From Chloroflexota bacterium (lineage in GTDB: Bacteria; Chloroflexota; Anaerolineae; Anaerolineales; JBFLVL01), in contig JBFLVL010000005.1 in NCBI GenBank assembly GCA_040758495.1, positions 35,682 through 99,681 of the forward strand: 64,000 nt of DNA. Direction: 5' to 3'. The translations under genes were made by a program, and so were the position numbers. This document shows, in pieces, positions 53,788-63,910 of the stretch. Below the pieces are notes generated by a model that saw only the letters and a list, made by a program, of their open reading frames with translations, was not told the DNA's origin and searched no databases. How positions within the stretch are numbered: position 1 is the stretch's first letter; each line of letters begins with the position of its first letter.

Positions 53788-55428
53788 ATGACCGATAAAA
53801 AATTACGCATTATTCCATTAGGGGGTTTAGGGGAAATTGGTAAAAACATGATGGCCTACGAGTACGGGAAGAACATCCTCCTCGTAGATACAGGCATCAT
53901 GTTCCCCGAGAACGATATGTTGGGTATTGACTACATTATCCCCGATTTTCAATACCTGCATGATAAAGCAGACCGTGTGCGCGGCATTGTGATCACCCAT
54001 GGGCATGAGGACCACATTGGAGCCATCAACCACGTGTTAGAGAAAATCCATGCTCCCATTTACGCCACTCCACTAACGCGCGGCTTGCTGGAGGTAAAAC
54101 TTCGACGTGGTGGCATGTTAGAGAAAACGGACATTACCTCCATTCAAGCTGGTGAAACGGTGGCTATTGGCCCATTCCAGGTTGAGTTCTTCCACGTGTG
54201 CCACTCTATCCCCGATGGCGTGGGATTAGGGATAGACACACCCGCAGGACTGATCATTCACAGTGGAGACTATAAATTCGACCACACACCGGTTGACAAT
54301 TGGCCTACAGACTACGCCAAACTGGCTGGATTCGCCTCCCGCGGTGTGTTAGCACTACTGGCAGACTCAACAAATGCCGATGAACCCGGCTGGACGCTAT
54401 CTGAGCGGGTGATTGACCAGGCTTTCGACCATGTCTTCAGCAAAGCATCGGGGCGCATCCTTATCGCCTCCTTCGCCTCGCTGGTATCCCGTATGCAGCA
54501 AGTGATCAAAGCCACAGTGGCCCAACACCGGAAACTCGCCTTCGTGGGTAAAAGCATGACCGAAAACGCCAAGATGGCTATAAAGCTAGGATATCTTGAC
54601 ATCCCGGACAACGTACTGGTGCCTCTGGAAGAAGCCCTCAAACTGGATCCCAAAGATGTGGTGCTGATGTGTACTGGCGCGCAAGGTGAACCCACCTCCA
54701 TACTTGTACGTCTGGCAACGGGGATGAACCGCCAATTCGACCTCCTCAAGGGCGACACCGTGATCATCTCCTCGCACCCCATCCCTGGCAATGAGGAGAA
54801 CGTTTACCGCACGATCAACCGTCTATTCCAGCGTGGCGCTAACGTCATCTATGACCCCATTGCTCCCGTGCATGTTTCTGGGCACGCCAGCCAGGAAGAG
54901 ATGAAACTCATGCTTCACCTGGTTCAACCCAAGCATCTCATTCCCATACATGGCGAGTTACGCCACCTCAAGCAACATGCTATCCTGGCTCAGGAAATCG
55001 GCATCCCTGCGGAAAACATCGCGGTTGTAGAAAACGGACAGGTGATCGAATTTACAGATGGAAAGATGCGCCTGGCTGAGCGTGTACCAGGCGGCTATGT
55101 GTTCGTTGACGGCTCAGGGGTTGGCGATATTGGTCCGGAGGTCATGCGCGAGCGTGAAGCCCTGGCACGTGACGGCATCGTCCTCATCAACCTGAGCCTT
55201 GATCGCCAGACTGGCCGGCTGCGTGATAAACCCGAGATTATCACCCGGGGGTTTGTGCATACCCGCGATGCCCAAAGTCTGCTGGAAGCAACCGGCCAAC
55301 TCATTTCCCGCACAATCAAAAAGGGGGATGGAAACATCCATGAAGAGGTGCAACAGACAGTAAAAACATACCTGTACAATGAGACAAAACGCCGTCCTAT
55401 GGTAATCGTCACCCTTTCGAGGGTCTGA
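53788..55428 (+). CDS. rnj: Ribonuclease J (metallo-beta-lactamase/beta-CASP)
   Basis: 546 aa with LRIIPLGGLGEIGKNM, the MBL motif ITHGHEDHIGA and beta-CASP motifs (HVSGHASQEE). Confidence 0.93.
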   Translation: MTDKKLRIIPLGGLGEIGKNMMAYEYGKNILLVDTGIMFPENDMLGIDYIIPDFQYLHDKADRVRGIVITHGHEDHIGAINHVLEKIHAPIYATPLTRGLLEVKLRRGGMLEKTDITSIQAGETVAIGPFQVEFFHVCHSIPDGVGLGIDTPAGLIIHSGDYKFDHTPVDNWPTDYAKLAGFASRGVLALLADSTNADEPGWTLSERVIDQAFDHVFSKASGRILIASFASLVSRMQQVIKATVAQHRKLAFVGKSMTENAKMAIKLGYLDIPDNVLVPLEEALKLDPKDVVLMCTGAQGEPTSILVRLATGMNRQFDLLKGDTVIISSHPIPGNEENVYRTINRLFQRGANVIYDPIAPVHVSGHASQEEMKLMLHLVQPKHLIPIHGELRHLKQHAILAQEIGIPAENIAVVENGQVIEFTDGKMRLAERVPGGYVFVDGSGVGDIGPEVMREREALARDGIVLINLSLDRQTGRLRDKPEIITRGFVHTRDAQSLLEATGQLISRTIKKGDGNIHEEVQQTVKTYLYNETKRRPMVIVTLSRV

Positions 55429-55439
55429 AACCGGATTTC

Positions 55440-55479
55440 TGCCTGGGATGAGAACCCGCGCGGTTACGCCTCCCAGGCA
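55440..55479. terminator. Hairpin between convergent rnj and pcm (possible terminator)
   Basis: TGCCTGGGA (55440-55448) pairs with TCCCAGGCA (55471-55479), giving a 9-bp stem with a 22-nt structured loop. There is no strong U-tract on either strand. Confidence 0.3.
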
Positions 55480-55535
55480 AAATTTCCCGTCTGGCACCCC
55501 CTTCAACTGGTAACCTGGTTCAGGAAAAAAGCGGA

Positions 55536-56213
55536 TTAAAAATCCAGCCACTTAGATTCATTCCACCCCCACTGTCCTCGCAATGGGACAAAGGCAACCG
55601 GAGCAAGGGTCTCATAATCCCATTGATCGCCTTTTCGTCTCCATAACTCCAAGGTCTGCCCGTACAACCCACCCACAGGTAAAATCAAGCGTCCTCCATC
55701 GTCCATCTGTTGTTTGATCGGCGGAGGTACCCGTGGGGCTGCAGCCGTGATGACGATGGCCTGGAAAGGAGCATGCTCGGCAATGCCTTGTGAGCCGTCG
55801 GAAACATGGATGTGGACGTTGTTATATTTCAACTTTTCCATCAACCGAGAAGCCCGCTGGGCAAGCTCTGGATAGAGTTCGATGGTGTGCACTTCTTTCG
55901 CCAACAGGGAAAGCACCGCGGCCTGGTAACCCGACCCTGTCCCAATCTCCAGAACCCGCTCCTCACCCCCCAGTTCCAGCACCTCGGTCATGAGGGCAAC
56001 AATATAAGGTTGAGATATGGTCTGCCGTTTACCAATCGGTAAGGGGCCATCGGTGTAAGCCAGATAACGATACTCTTTGGGGACAAAGAGGTGACGGGGG
56101 ACAGTACGCATGGCTTCCAGAACCCTTGGGTCGCTGATGCCCCGTGCGGCCAATTGATCCTTGACCATTCGCTCCCGCTCTATGTCATAAGAAGGTCTCT
56201 TGCCTATAATCAT
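55536..56213 (-). CDS. pcm: Protein-L-isoaspartate O-methyltransferase
   Basis: The ATG at 56213 overlaps the mutY stop (ATGA); the ORF is open to 56285. Motifs are ISQPYIVALMTE, VLEIGTGSGYQAAVL and LILPVG. Confidence 0.88.
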   Translation of the reverse strand: MIIGKRPSYDIERERMVKDQLAARGISDPRVLEAMRTVPRHLFVPKEYRYLAYTDGPLPIGKRQTISQPYIVALMTEVLELGGEERVLEIGTGSGYQAAVLSLLAKEVHTIELYPELAQRASRLMEKLKYNNVHIHVSDGSQGIAEHAPFQAIVITAAAPRVPPPIKQQMDDGGRLILPVGGLYGQTLELWRRKGDQWDYETLAPVAFVPLRGQWGWNESKWLDF

Positions 56214-57268
56214 AGGATTGCATTTGCTATCTGACGGTCTAACTTTCCCATGGGGTAGGAGCTCAAATCCATGGGGGTGACCCACTTCAAATCTGCGTGT
56301 TCTAGCTTGCGGGGTTCACCAGACACCAGAGAACAGAAAAAAACATGCAGGGTGACACGGAAGTGAGAATAGGTATGCTGATACACTCCCAACATCTCCC
56401 CCACGGAAATATCCACACCCAATTCCTCACGAACCTCGCGTTTTAAGCAGGTACGCAAGTCTTCCTCTGGCAGAGTTTTTCCTCCCGGAAATTCCCACAA
56501 ATTTCCGAGCAAACCTTCAGCAGGTCGCTGAGCAATCAGCACATGACCATCTCGCTGTAGCACTGCCGCAGTGACAAGATGGTGAGGGATGCTTTTTTTC
56601 CTCTGTTTTTGGGGAAGTTCTGCTTGAGCACCTAAAAGGTTGGCCCGGCAGAGATCAGCGAGGGGACAACGCGAACACATGGGTTGACGTGCTGTGCACA
56701 CCGTAGCGCCCAAATCCATTAACGCTTGATTGTACATTGCAGCCTGGCCAGGAGGAAGATGGCCTCGCGCCAAATCCCATAGCACTCGCTTTCCCGCGGT
56801 AGAATGGGTTGGTTCACGAACCTCAAAAACTCGCGCTAAAACGCGACCAGCATTGGCATCCACCGCGGGCTCATCGAGGCCAAAGGCTATAGAGGCAATT
56901 GCTCCAGCAGTGTAATCCCCAATGCCTGGCAATCGGCGTAATGCATCTATATCCGTTGGCAGACATCCACCGTATTCTGAGATCAGGATTTGAGCTGCGC
57001 GGTGCAGGTTATGGGCACGTTGATAGTACCCCAGGCCCTCCCACACCTTCAATACCTCATCAAGTGAAGTGGAAGCCAAAGCCTCTACAGTAGGAAAACG
57101 CTGCATCCACTGCTGAATGTAACGCACAGCCGTGTCCATCCGCGTCTGCTGGAGCATAACCACAGAGACCCAGACAATATAGGGGCCTTCGAAACCTCGC
57201 CAGGGAATTTCGCGGGAGCTCTGCCTGTACCAGTCTAACAAACCGGAGGCAAACGATGTGGGTTTCAT
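56210..57268 (-). CDS. mutY: A/G-specific adenine DNA glycosylase
   Basis: 352 aa with an HhH-GPD region (LPGIGDYTAGAI) and the 4Fe-4S loop CTARQPMCSRCPLADLC. The C-terminal NUDIX-like domain reads WEFPGGK...REVREELG. Confidence 0.92.
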   Translation of the reverse strand: MKPTSFASGLLDWYRQSSREIPWRGFEGPYIVWVSVVMLQQTRMDTAVRYIQQWMQRFPTVEALASTSLDEVLKVWEGLGYYQRAHNLHRAAQILISEYGGCLPTDIDALRRLPGIGDYTAGAIASIAFGLDEPAVDANAGRVLARVFEVREPTHSTAGKRVLWDLARGHLPPGQAAMYNQALMDLGATVCTARQPMCSRCPLADLCRANLLGAQAELPQKQRKKSIPHHLVTAAVLQRDGHVLIAQRPAEGLLGNLWEFPGGKTLPEEDLRTCLKREVREELGVDISVGEMLGVYQHTYSHFRVTLHVFFCSLVSGEPRKLEHADLKWVTPMDLSSYPMGKLDRQIANAIL

Positions 57269-57323
57269 AGGGTAAATCTCACATCAACATGATCATCAAA
57301 TTGAAAGAGCTGTGTATCTTCCC

Positions 57324-57626
57324 CTAAATCTGAAAACTGCCACGCGCACGGATGATTTTATATGAGAAGTCCTCCACATAATCATGTAGTCGTCTGACTA
57401 AACTATCCCACTCGTTTGAAGCCAGGGTTTGCTGTAAAGTCGTAAGGTTGGGTGAGAGCATTGCGGCCAGAATCTGGGGATAATCACCATACATGGTGAA
57501 CCATGCATCGCTCGGTTTCAGACCAATCTTCTGAACTTCAGGGATAAACTCCCGCACGACAAACTCGAAGTATTCCTGTTCTCGTCCTGGGAGTATATCC
57601 CAGGTCATGAGCATCTTTACAACCAT
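57324..57626 (-). CDS. Hypothetical 100-aa protein
   Basis: ATG preceded by AGGAG. It is on the same strand as, and tightly packed with, its flanking genes. I recognised no motif. Confidence 0.45.
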   Translation of the reverse strand: MVVKMLMTWDILPGREQEYFEFVVREFIPEVQKIGLKPSDAWFTMYGDYPQILAAMLSPNLTTLQQTLASNEWDSLVRRLHDYVEDFSYKIIRARGSFQI

Positions 57627-57638
57627 AACACTGCTCCT

Positions 57639-58286
57639 TCAGGAACCTTTATACTCCAACACCACTACGTCCGTTTCTTGAGGGACATTACCAGCCTTTA
57701 CTTCCAATTCAGGTTTTGGTTTTACCTTACCCAAACCCATCTCTTTGAGGAACCTATCAAGGGGCAACAATTTCGTCATCTTCGATTCGGGAGTTGCATA
57801 GTGCATTGGGATGACGATACCTGGCTCGATCAGACTCACGACCTCGGCTGCTTTCGCGGCAATCAATCCTCCCCCACCCCCAACTGGCACTAAAGCCACG
57901 TCCACAGTGCCCAAAGCTTCAATTTCCGCCTGACCCGGAACCCGGCGCAAATTGCCTAAATGCGCAACAGTAACCCCTTCAATATCAAAGACATACAGGG
58001 TGTTGGGCTGTTCATCCTTAGAACGTGCATGACTGTTCGTCCGTACGGCGGTGATGAAAACCCCACCGATTTCGTATTCACCAGGCCCGGTGATGACATG
58101 GGGATTTCCTCTCACCCCCTTTACATAGTTATGACCTGGCGCATCGTGGCTGATTGTGACGATATCTCCAGCGAGCTTGAGGGGGAAGTAACCCACGACT
58201 TCCGAATCGTAGGGGTCCGTAACCACTGTGGCAAAAGAGCGTTTCGTTATACGAAAACAAGAATGACCGTACCAGGTAATTTTCAT
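57639..58286 (-). CDS. MBL-fold metallo-hydrolase (UPF0173-like)
   Basis: 215 aa with the family-typical N-terminus MKITWYGHSCFRI, plus ISHDAPGH. Confidence 0.75.
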   Translation of the reverse strand: MKITWYGHSCFRITKRSFATVVTDPYDSEVVGYFPLKLAGDIVTISHDAPGHNYVKGVRGNPHVITGPGEYEIGGVFITAVRTNSHARSKDEQPNTLYVFDIEGVTVAHLGNLRRVPGQAEIEALGTVDVALVPVGGGGGLIAAKAAEVVSLIEPGIVIPMHYATPESKMTKLLPLDRFLKEMGLGKVKPKPELEVKAGNVPQETDVVVLEYKGS

Positions 58287-58437
58287 TGCGTCTCCTTTTC
58301 GTTTCTTGATTATACATCATGTCTCCCTCTGATGATTGGAACCCAAAGCTTCGCCAAAATTAGACTAAGAGGTTTGCGTATACCCCGTAGGCACTCATCT
58401 TCCCCTGTAGCCTGGCAACCCTTCCGCCTCCCACGTG

Positions 58438-58456
58438 TATAATTGTTGAAACAATT
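58438..58456 (+). promoter_or_regulatory. TATAAT box overlapping a perfect 7-2-7 palindrome (candidate operator) upstream of the UMF1 transporter gene
   Basis: TATAAT lies at 58438-58443. AATTGTT-ga-AACAATT lies at 58441-58456. There is no convincing -35. Confidence 0.3.
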
Positions 58457-58531
58457 TCAAATTGCCATGCTGGGAGTGCAAACCAACCATCTGGCACATA
58501 CCTCGCTGCACCAGATCCACGGGAGTGACCC

Positions 58532-59848
58532 ATGAAAGATAAATTACACAGACGGATTATCAGCGCCTGGGCGATGTACGACTGGGCAAATTCAGCCTTC
58601 GCCACGACCATCATGGCTGCCATCCTGCCAGTGTATTATTCCTCCGTGGCCGGCGCTAACTTGGCGGGAAACAAAGCCACCGTATACTGGGGATACACAA
58701 GCTCCATTGCTCTCTTCGTGGTGGCTATCATTAGCCCCATCCTGGGCGCGATCTCAGATTTTCGCGGGGCGAAAAAACGATACCTGACCAACTTTGCCCT
58801 CACAGGTATTTTTGCCACAGCTTTGCTGTTCTTCATCGGACGAGGTGACTGGTTGGCCGCCTCCATCATTTTCATCTTCGGTGAAGTCGGCTTTTCGGGA
58901 GCCAATGTGTTCTACGATTCCCTGCTCCCCCACATCGCTGACCCAGAAGAGATTGATCAAGTCTCAGCCAAGGGTTTCGCCTTGGGATACCTGGGTGGAG
59001 GCATTCTGTTGGCGGTAAACCTGGCCATGATCATGTTAGCCCCAGATGAATCCAAGGAGTTGATGACCCGCCTATCCCTCGCCAGTGTAGCAGTCTGGTG
59101 GTTGGTGTTCACCATCCCACTCTGGAGACACGTACCTGAACCACCGCGTCGGGTGTTCACGGGCGAGAGCGGCTTCAACCCGGTACAAGCCGGATTTCAC
59201 CGTCTGGCAAAGACCCTAGGCGAGATTTCTAAATACCGCCAACTACTGAAGTTCTTGATCGCTTTCTGGCTGTACAACGACGGCATCGGCACGATCATCA
59301 AAATGGCAACCATCTATGGAGCTGAAATCGGCATCGGACAGACTGATCTGATAGGCACACTACTTATGGTGCAGTTCGTGGGCATACCTTTCTCCTTTGC
59401 CTTCGGCTGGCTGGCAAAAAAGCTGGGCACCAAACGTTCGATATATCTCGGCCTGCTGGTGTACACAGCCATCTCTATAGGTGGTTACTTCATGAGCACA
59501 GCTTTGCATTTTTGGCTTCTGGGCTTCGGTGTCGCCATGGTACAGGGTGGCACTCAGGCGCTCACCCGGTCATTGTTCGGGCGGATGGTACCTAAGAGCA
59601 AATCGGCGGAATTCTTCGGTTTCTTCAGCGTCAGTGCCAAGTTTGCCGGAATTGCCGGACCGTTTGTCTTTGCACTTGTGGGTCAATTGGTGGGGCACAG
59701 CCGCTTGAGCATCGTATCCCTGATCGTGTTCTTCATTTCTGGCGCACTAATACTGAACACGGTTGACGAAGAAGAAGGCATCCGAGTAGCCCAAGCAGAA
59801 GAGAAGGCTCTGACCACCTCCATTAACATCCCGGCTCAGAACCTGTAG
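58532..59848 (+). CDS. MFS transporter, UMF1 (Atg22-like) family
   Basis: 438 aa with the family-typical N-terminus RRIISAWAMYDWANSAFATTIMAAILPVYY and 12 TM helices. Confidence 0.8.
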   Translation: MKDKLHRRIISAWAMYDWANSAFATTIMAAILPVYYSSVAGANLAGNKATVYWGYTSSIALFVVAIISPILGAISDFRGAKKRYLTNFALTGIFATALLFFIGRGDWLAASIIFIFGEVGFSGANVFYDSLLPHIADPEEIDQVSAKGFALGYLGGGILLAVNLAMIMLAPDESKELMTRLSLASVAVWWLVFTIPLWRHVPEPPRRVFTGESGFNPVQAGFHRLAKTLGEISKYRQLLKFLIAFWLYNDGIGTIIKMATIYGAEIGIGQTDLIGTLLMVQFVGIPFSFAFGWLAKKLGTKRSIYLGLLVYTAISIGGYFMSTALHFWLLGFGVAMVQGGTQALTRSLFGRMVPKSKSAEFFGFFSVSAKFAGIAGPFVFALVGQLVGHSRLSIVSLIVFFISGALILNTVDEEEGIRVAQAEEKALTTSINIPAQNL

Positions 59849-59930
59849 TAAGATAAGAAGCCGTCCTATCCATATACTACCCCGTCGTCACACGAGAGGT
59901 CCTCTTATCACCGCCTAATATCCAGGTAAG

Positions 59931-60764
59931 ATGGGGTGCCATCCCCTGCAAATATGCTCTTATGACCCTTTCTCACACCCAACAATAACCATGGATGCAC
60001 ATACCTCCTTCTCCCTCGAGAAAGCTGCGGCTTGCGGTGAAGCCTCCTATGTCTGGCGGAGCGGACAGGAACGTCGGTTGAAGATGATCTTGCAAGCAGT
60101 GGATTACAGGATACAGGGCAGAGTGCTGGATAACGGTTGCGGCGTTGGGATGTACGTAGAACACTTAACCCCTCACGCTGGCGAAATGATTGGGCTGGAA
60201 TACGACTTCCCGCGCGCCCAGGCGGCTCGAAAACGCACCCCCTACATTATCTGCTCCACAGGCGAGGCACTGCCCTTCCCAGATAACTCCTTCGACGTCA
60301 TCCTGAGTCACGAAGTGATCGAACATGTCCAGGACGACCGAAAGGCAATCGCCGAAATGATACGCACCCTTCGCCCAGGGGGGCGTCTCGTCCTGTTCTG
60401 CCCAAACCGGGGTTACCCCTTTGAAACCCACGGGATATACTGGAGAGGAGGATATCGTTTCGGAAACATCCCCCTGGTGAACTACCTGCCACGCAGCCTG
60501 CGTGACCGCCTCGCCCCTCATGTGCGAGTCTATACACACAGGGACCTGGAAGGTTTATTCAGAGGACTGCCCGTACATCCCATTCAACGTACGGTCATCT
60601 TTGGAGCTTACGATAATATCATCGCCCGTTATCCGCAGCTTGGACGCCTCCTCAGAGCATGCCTGCACACCTTAGAACGCACGCCGCTACGGATGCTGGG
60701 TCTATCTCACTTTTGGGTGGTAGAAAAAATTCGGGTTGGGTCAGCCAGCAGGAAAGAGGTCTAA
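59931..60764 (+). CDS. Class I SAM-dependent methyltransferase
   Basis: 277 aa with motif I (VLDNGCGVGMY), FDVILSHEVIEHV and RPGGRLVL. The start is uncertain (alternative ATG at 59991). Confidence 0.75.
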   Translation: MGCHPLQICSYDPFSHPTITMDAHTSFSLEKAAACGEASYVWRSGQERRLKMILQAVDYRIQGRVLDNGCGVGMYVEHLTPHAGEMIGLEYDFPRAQAARKRTPYIICSTGEALPFPDNSFDVILSHEVIEHVQDDRKAIAEMIRTLRPGGRLVLFCPNRGYPFETHGIYWRGGYRFGNIPLVNYLPRSLRDRLAPHVRVYTHRDLEGLFRGLPVHPIQRTVIFGAYDNIIARYPQLGRLLRACLHTLERTPLRMLGLSHFWVVEKIRVGSASRKEV

Positions 60765-61232
60765 GGGCTCTGGATTCTCCGCCAATCTAACAATGCGCTC
60801 AAAACCTTGGGTGAGCAAACGGTGGATCCTGGCAGCCGTCCTCCGATAATCGGATAACTCTCCCCCTATCGGGTCAGGGATGCTGTACTCCTCACCCACC
60901 ATCTCACTGAGCAGAAAAAGACGAGGGGCTATCTCCGGAAACTCAACCGTTAATGCTTCTTTCTGCCCTGTCTCCATCGTTAAGATAAGATCGAATTGGC
61001 GTAACAGTTCACGGGTTACAACGCGCGAGCGATGATCCTGGATGTTCAAACCAAAATCGGCCAAAACATCCTGGACTGTCTGGACTGCGGGGGAAATCCC
61101 TTGAACCCAGGTGCCTGCGGACTCGACCCGCCAGCCATACATTTTGTGCTGGTGAAGGAGGTGTTTTAGCAACGCCATCGCCATAGGGGAACGGCACAGG
61201 TTAGCAGTACAGACAATCAATACAGATGGCAT
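60741..61232 (-). CDS. Low-molecular-weight protein-tyrosine phosphatase
   Basis: The ATG at 61232 is preceded by GGAGAAGG (the ORF is open to 61253). The P-loop reads VLIVCTANLCRSPMA (CX5R-S) and the DP general-acid motif reads IPDPIGG. It lacks the extra Cys pair of ArsC-type enzymes. Confidence 0.85.
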   Translation of the reverse strand: MPSVLIVCTANLCRSPMAMALLKHLLHQHKMYGWRVESAGTWVQGISPAVQTVQDVLADFGLNIQDHRSRVVTRELLRQFDLILTMETGQKEALTVEFPEIAPRLFLLSEMVGEEYSIPDPIGGELSDYRRTAARIHRLLTQGFERIVRLAENPEPLDLFPAG

Positions 61233-61249
61233 ACCCTTCTCCACAACAA

Positions 61250-62146
61250 TCAACCATTCATCGGCAGTCTAAAGTCATAAATTCCATCCTCAACCGACCA
61301 ACGACGACCACAACCGTTACATCTCAACCACGCGGGCGCCTCTTCCAAGGGATCATGTCCACATTCCGGACAGCGAAAAAACGCACCTGCTGCGGCCTGT
61401 CCGGAATCCCGGCTCGCGCGGGCTCGAACAAACACGCTGGGTGAAAATTGCCACCAATTGCCGGTCCACTGTGCTACGGAATCCAGATACACGAGCAACC
61501 TCAGCGGCACTATCTGTTTTAAAATCCCTAGACGAAAATGCGATACGGTTAATTGCCGCTCAATGATAAAACCCTCAGATTGTAACCAGCTCCGCACTTG
61601 CTCAGGATGAAAGTTAAAATGTAGAGGCACAAACTCAACCGGCTCCAGTGTGAATGGGCTCCACGATTGACGTCTCACCAGGTAACGAAAAATTGCCTTC
61701 AGGTTGTGCTTGTTGGCATATTCCAGAATGAGAACCGCGCCAGGCAGAAGCGCATGTCGTACCTGTGATATGGCCATAGGGACGTCTGCCAAATGGTGCA
61801 TCACGCGGATCATCGTAGCTCCATCAAAAAGCCCCTCTACAAACGGTAAATGGTAAACATCCGCAGCCACAAAAATATAACCCGCATTACACCCTAAACG
61901 CTCTTGAGCCTGACGCAACTGACTACGGGAATAATCCAGCAGGACGATTCTCTCAAAGCCGCCATAACGCGAGGTGTTGCGTCCTGCTCCTGCTCCGATC
62001 TCCAAAAGCAATTTACCACCGGGTGGCAGTAGACGCTGTATTGCCACAGCCTCAACCTGATCTTCGTAAGCGCGATCACCCCGTTCCCAAAACCGCCTTT
62101 GATAATCAGAACCCTCATAGTCACAAATTGGGGGATGCGCATTCAT
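61250..62146 (-). CDS. Class I SAM-dependent methyltransferase with C-terminal Trm112-like zinc ribbon
   Basis: 298 aa with motif I (LLEIGAGAGRNT). The C-terminus reads CPECG...CNGCGRRWSVEDGIYDFR. Confidence 0.75.
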   Translation of the reverse strand: MNAHPPICDYEGSDYQRRFWERGDRAYEDQVEAVAIQRLLPPGGKLLLEIGAGAGRNTSRYGGFERIVLLDYSRSQLRQAQERLGCNAGYIFVAADVYHLPFVEGLFDGATMIRVMHHLADVPMAISQVRHALLPGAVLILEYANKHNLKAIFRYLVRRQSWSPFTLEPVEFVPLHFNFHPEQVRSWLQSEGFIIERQLTVSHFRLGILKQIVPLRLLVYLDSVAQWTGNWWQFSPSVFVRARASRDSGQAAAGAFFRCPECGHDPLEEAPAWLRCNGCGRRWSVEDGIYDFRLPMNG

Positions 62147-62309
62147 TTGACATCGTTACTCAAATTGGAATGATTCTCGCCATGCACACGCGTGACACAC
62201 GAGAACTGGGCCTGCTTGCTGCACTCAACACCTACAACTCCCCAAACGGATTTGCCAAGGTTGGTTTCAGATGGATTGCTTTCAGTCCGCAAAACACCGA
62301 TAACAAGAT

Positions 62310-63656
62310 CTAAGCCTCGGTTTTCGGGGTTTTTACTTCCTCCAAACGGCGCGTACCATCATACCCTCGTCCCACACCTCGGTACAGGAAACCCAGTTTG
62401 TACATCTTCTCCGGGTCATACACATTGCGTCCATCGAACACCACGGGTTGTTTCATGCTGTTGCGGATCTTTACCAAATCCAATTGTTGGAATTCATTCC
62501 ACTCCGTCACCACCACGATAGCATCACAACCCTCAGCCAAAATATAGGGGTCAGGCATCATTTCAACGCCTGGAAGCAATTCCCTGGCGTCATCCATAGC
62601 CACCGGATCGTAAGCCCGTACTTTCGCACCAGCCGCCAGCAGGTTATTGGCAATTTCTATTGAAGGGGCTTCGCGCAGGTCATCTGTGTTTGGTTTAAAC
62701 GTCAACCCTAAAAGACCAATGACGGTCCCCTTCAAATCCCCCAACATGTCTCTCAAGCGATCATTTACTATGGCGCGACGTTCTGCGTTGATCTTCATTA
62801 CAGTATTTAGCAGGTGCGGATGGCGTCCGTTCTTGTCGGCCATGTGTGCCAGGGCCTGGACGTCCTTAGGAAAACATGAGCCCCCATACCCTAACCCCGC
62901 GCGTAAGAAGCGCGATCCTATGCGTTCATCGTATCCCATGCCCGCGGCGACCTCCCTGACATCTGCGCCGACCACTTCACAAATATTGGCGATTTCATTG
63001 ATAAAAGATATCTTCGTAGCCAGGAAGGCGTTAGAAGCGTACTTGATCATCTCAGCGGTGCGCAGATCCGTAATGACGATTGGAGCTCGCAAGGGGAGAT
63101 GCAGTTGGGCTACCTCCTCCGCCGCATCAGGGTCCAGCGACCCCAAAACGGTACGATAAGGACGCATAAAATCACCAATGGCGGAGCCCTCACGCAAAAA
63201 TTCGGGGCAGGAGACCACAGAAAAAGGTATGGGTTCAGATTGATTCCGCCTGATGATCTCCGCAACCCAGTCACCCGTCCCCACTGGAACGGTGGATTTA
63301 TTGATAACGATGATCGGTCCTGTCATATTCTGGGCAATTGAGGTGGCTGCAGCTTCCACGTAGCGCATGTCGGCCTCCCCATCCACACCCGAGGGGGTGC
63401 CGACGGCGATAAAGACATATCTTACGTTCTTCATTCCTTCAGCGTAGGAGGTAGTGAATGAAAGACGTCCTGCTTTTACATTACGTTTGACCAGCTCCTC
63501 CAGGCCCGGTTCGTATATTGGCATGACACCGCGCTTCAAACCCTCAATTTTTTTGCTGTCAATATCTATCGTGGTGACAGCGTTTCCCAAATCAGCAAAG
63601 CATGCGGCGGTTACCAGCCCAACGTAACCCGCCCCCACAACGCATATCTGTTTCAT
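62310..63656 (-). CDS. ugd: UDP-glucose 6-dehydrogenase
   Basis: 448 aa with [25 protein letters not shown] and the catalytic Cys motif [10 protein letters not shown]. Confidence 0.93.
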   Translation of the reverse strand: MKQICVVGAGYVGLVTAACFADLGNAVTTIDIDSKKIEGLKRGVMPIYEPGLEELVKRNVKAGRLSFTTSYAEGMKNVRYVFIAVGTPSGVDGEADMRYVEAAATSIAQNMTGPIIVINKSTVPVGTGDWVAEIIRRNQSEPIPFSVVSCPEFLREGSAIGDFMRPYRTVLGSLDPDAAEEVAQLHLPLRAPIVITDLRTAEMIKYASNAFLATKISFINEIANICEVVGADVREVAAGMGYDERIGSRFLRAGLGYGGSCFPKDVQALAHMADKNGRHPHLLNTVMKINAERRAIVNDRLRDMLGDLKGTVIGLLGLTFKPNTDDLREAPSIEIANNLLAAGAKVRAYDPVAMDDARELLPGVEMMPDPYILAEGCDAIVVVTEWNEFQQLDLVKIRNSMKQPVVFDGRNVYDPEKMYKLGFLYRGVGRGYDGTRRLEEVKTPKTEA

Positions 63657-63910
63657 GCCGAGCCTCCAACAAAGGTAGGATTGATCGTACGTGACCGCAA
63701 TATTACCACATCATCCTCCCTTTAGCAGCTTTGAACCGCAAGGGTGCCGCCACTACGAGCCCATCATATTCATAATGGAAGTATTAGTCATCCCTAACTA
63801 TTTTCCTCATAAAGCTACCCTCAACCCAAGTTTAAACAATCCCACCTAGGGATGTATAATCAGGGCAATGGATTGCTATCCAAACAACAGACTTTTTCAA
63901 GGAGGAAAAC

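Noticed and set aside
62647-63159. 170-aa plus-strand ORF inside ugd
   Set aside because: It is antisense to a clear UDP-glucose dehydrogenase gene and has a low-complexity Ser/Arg-rich translation.
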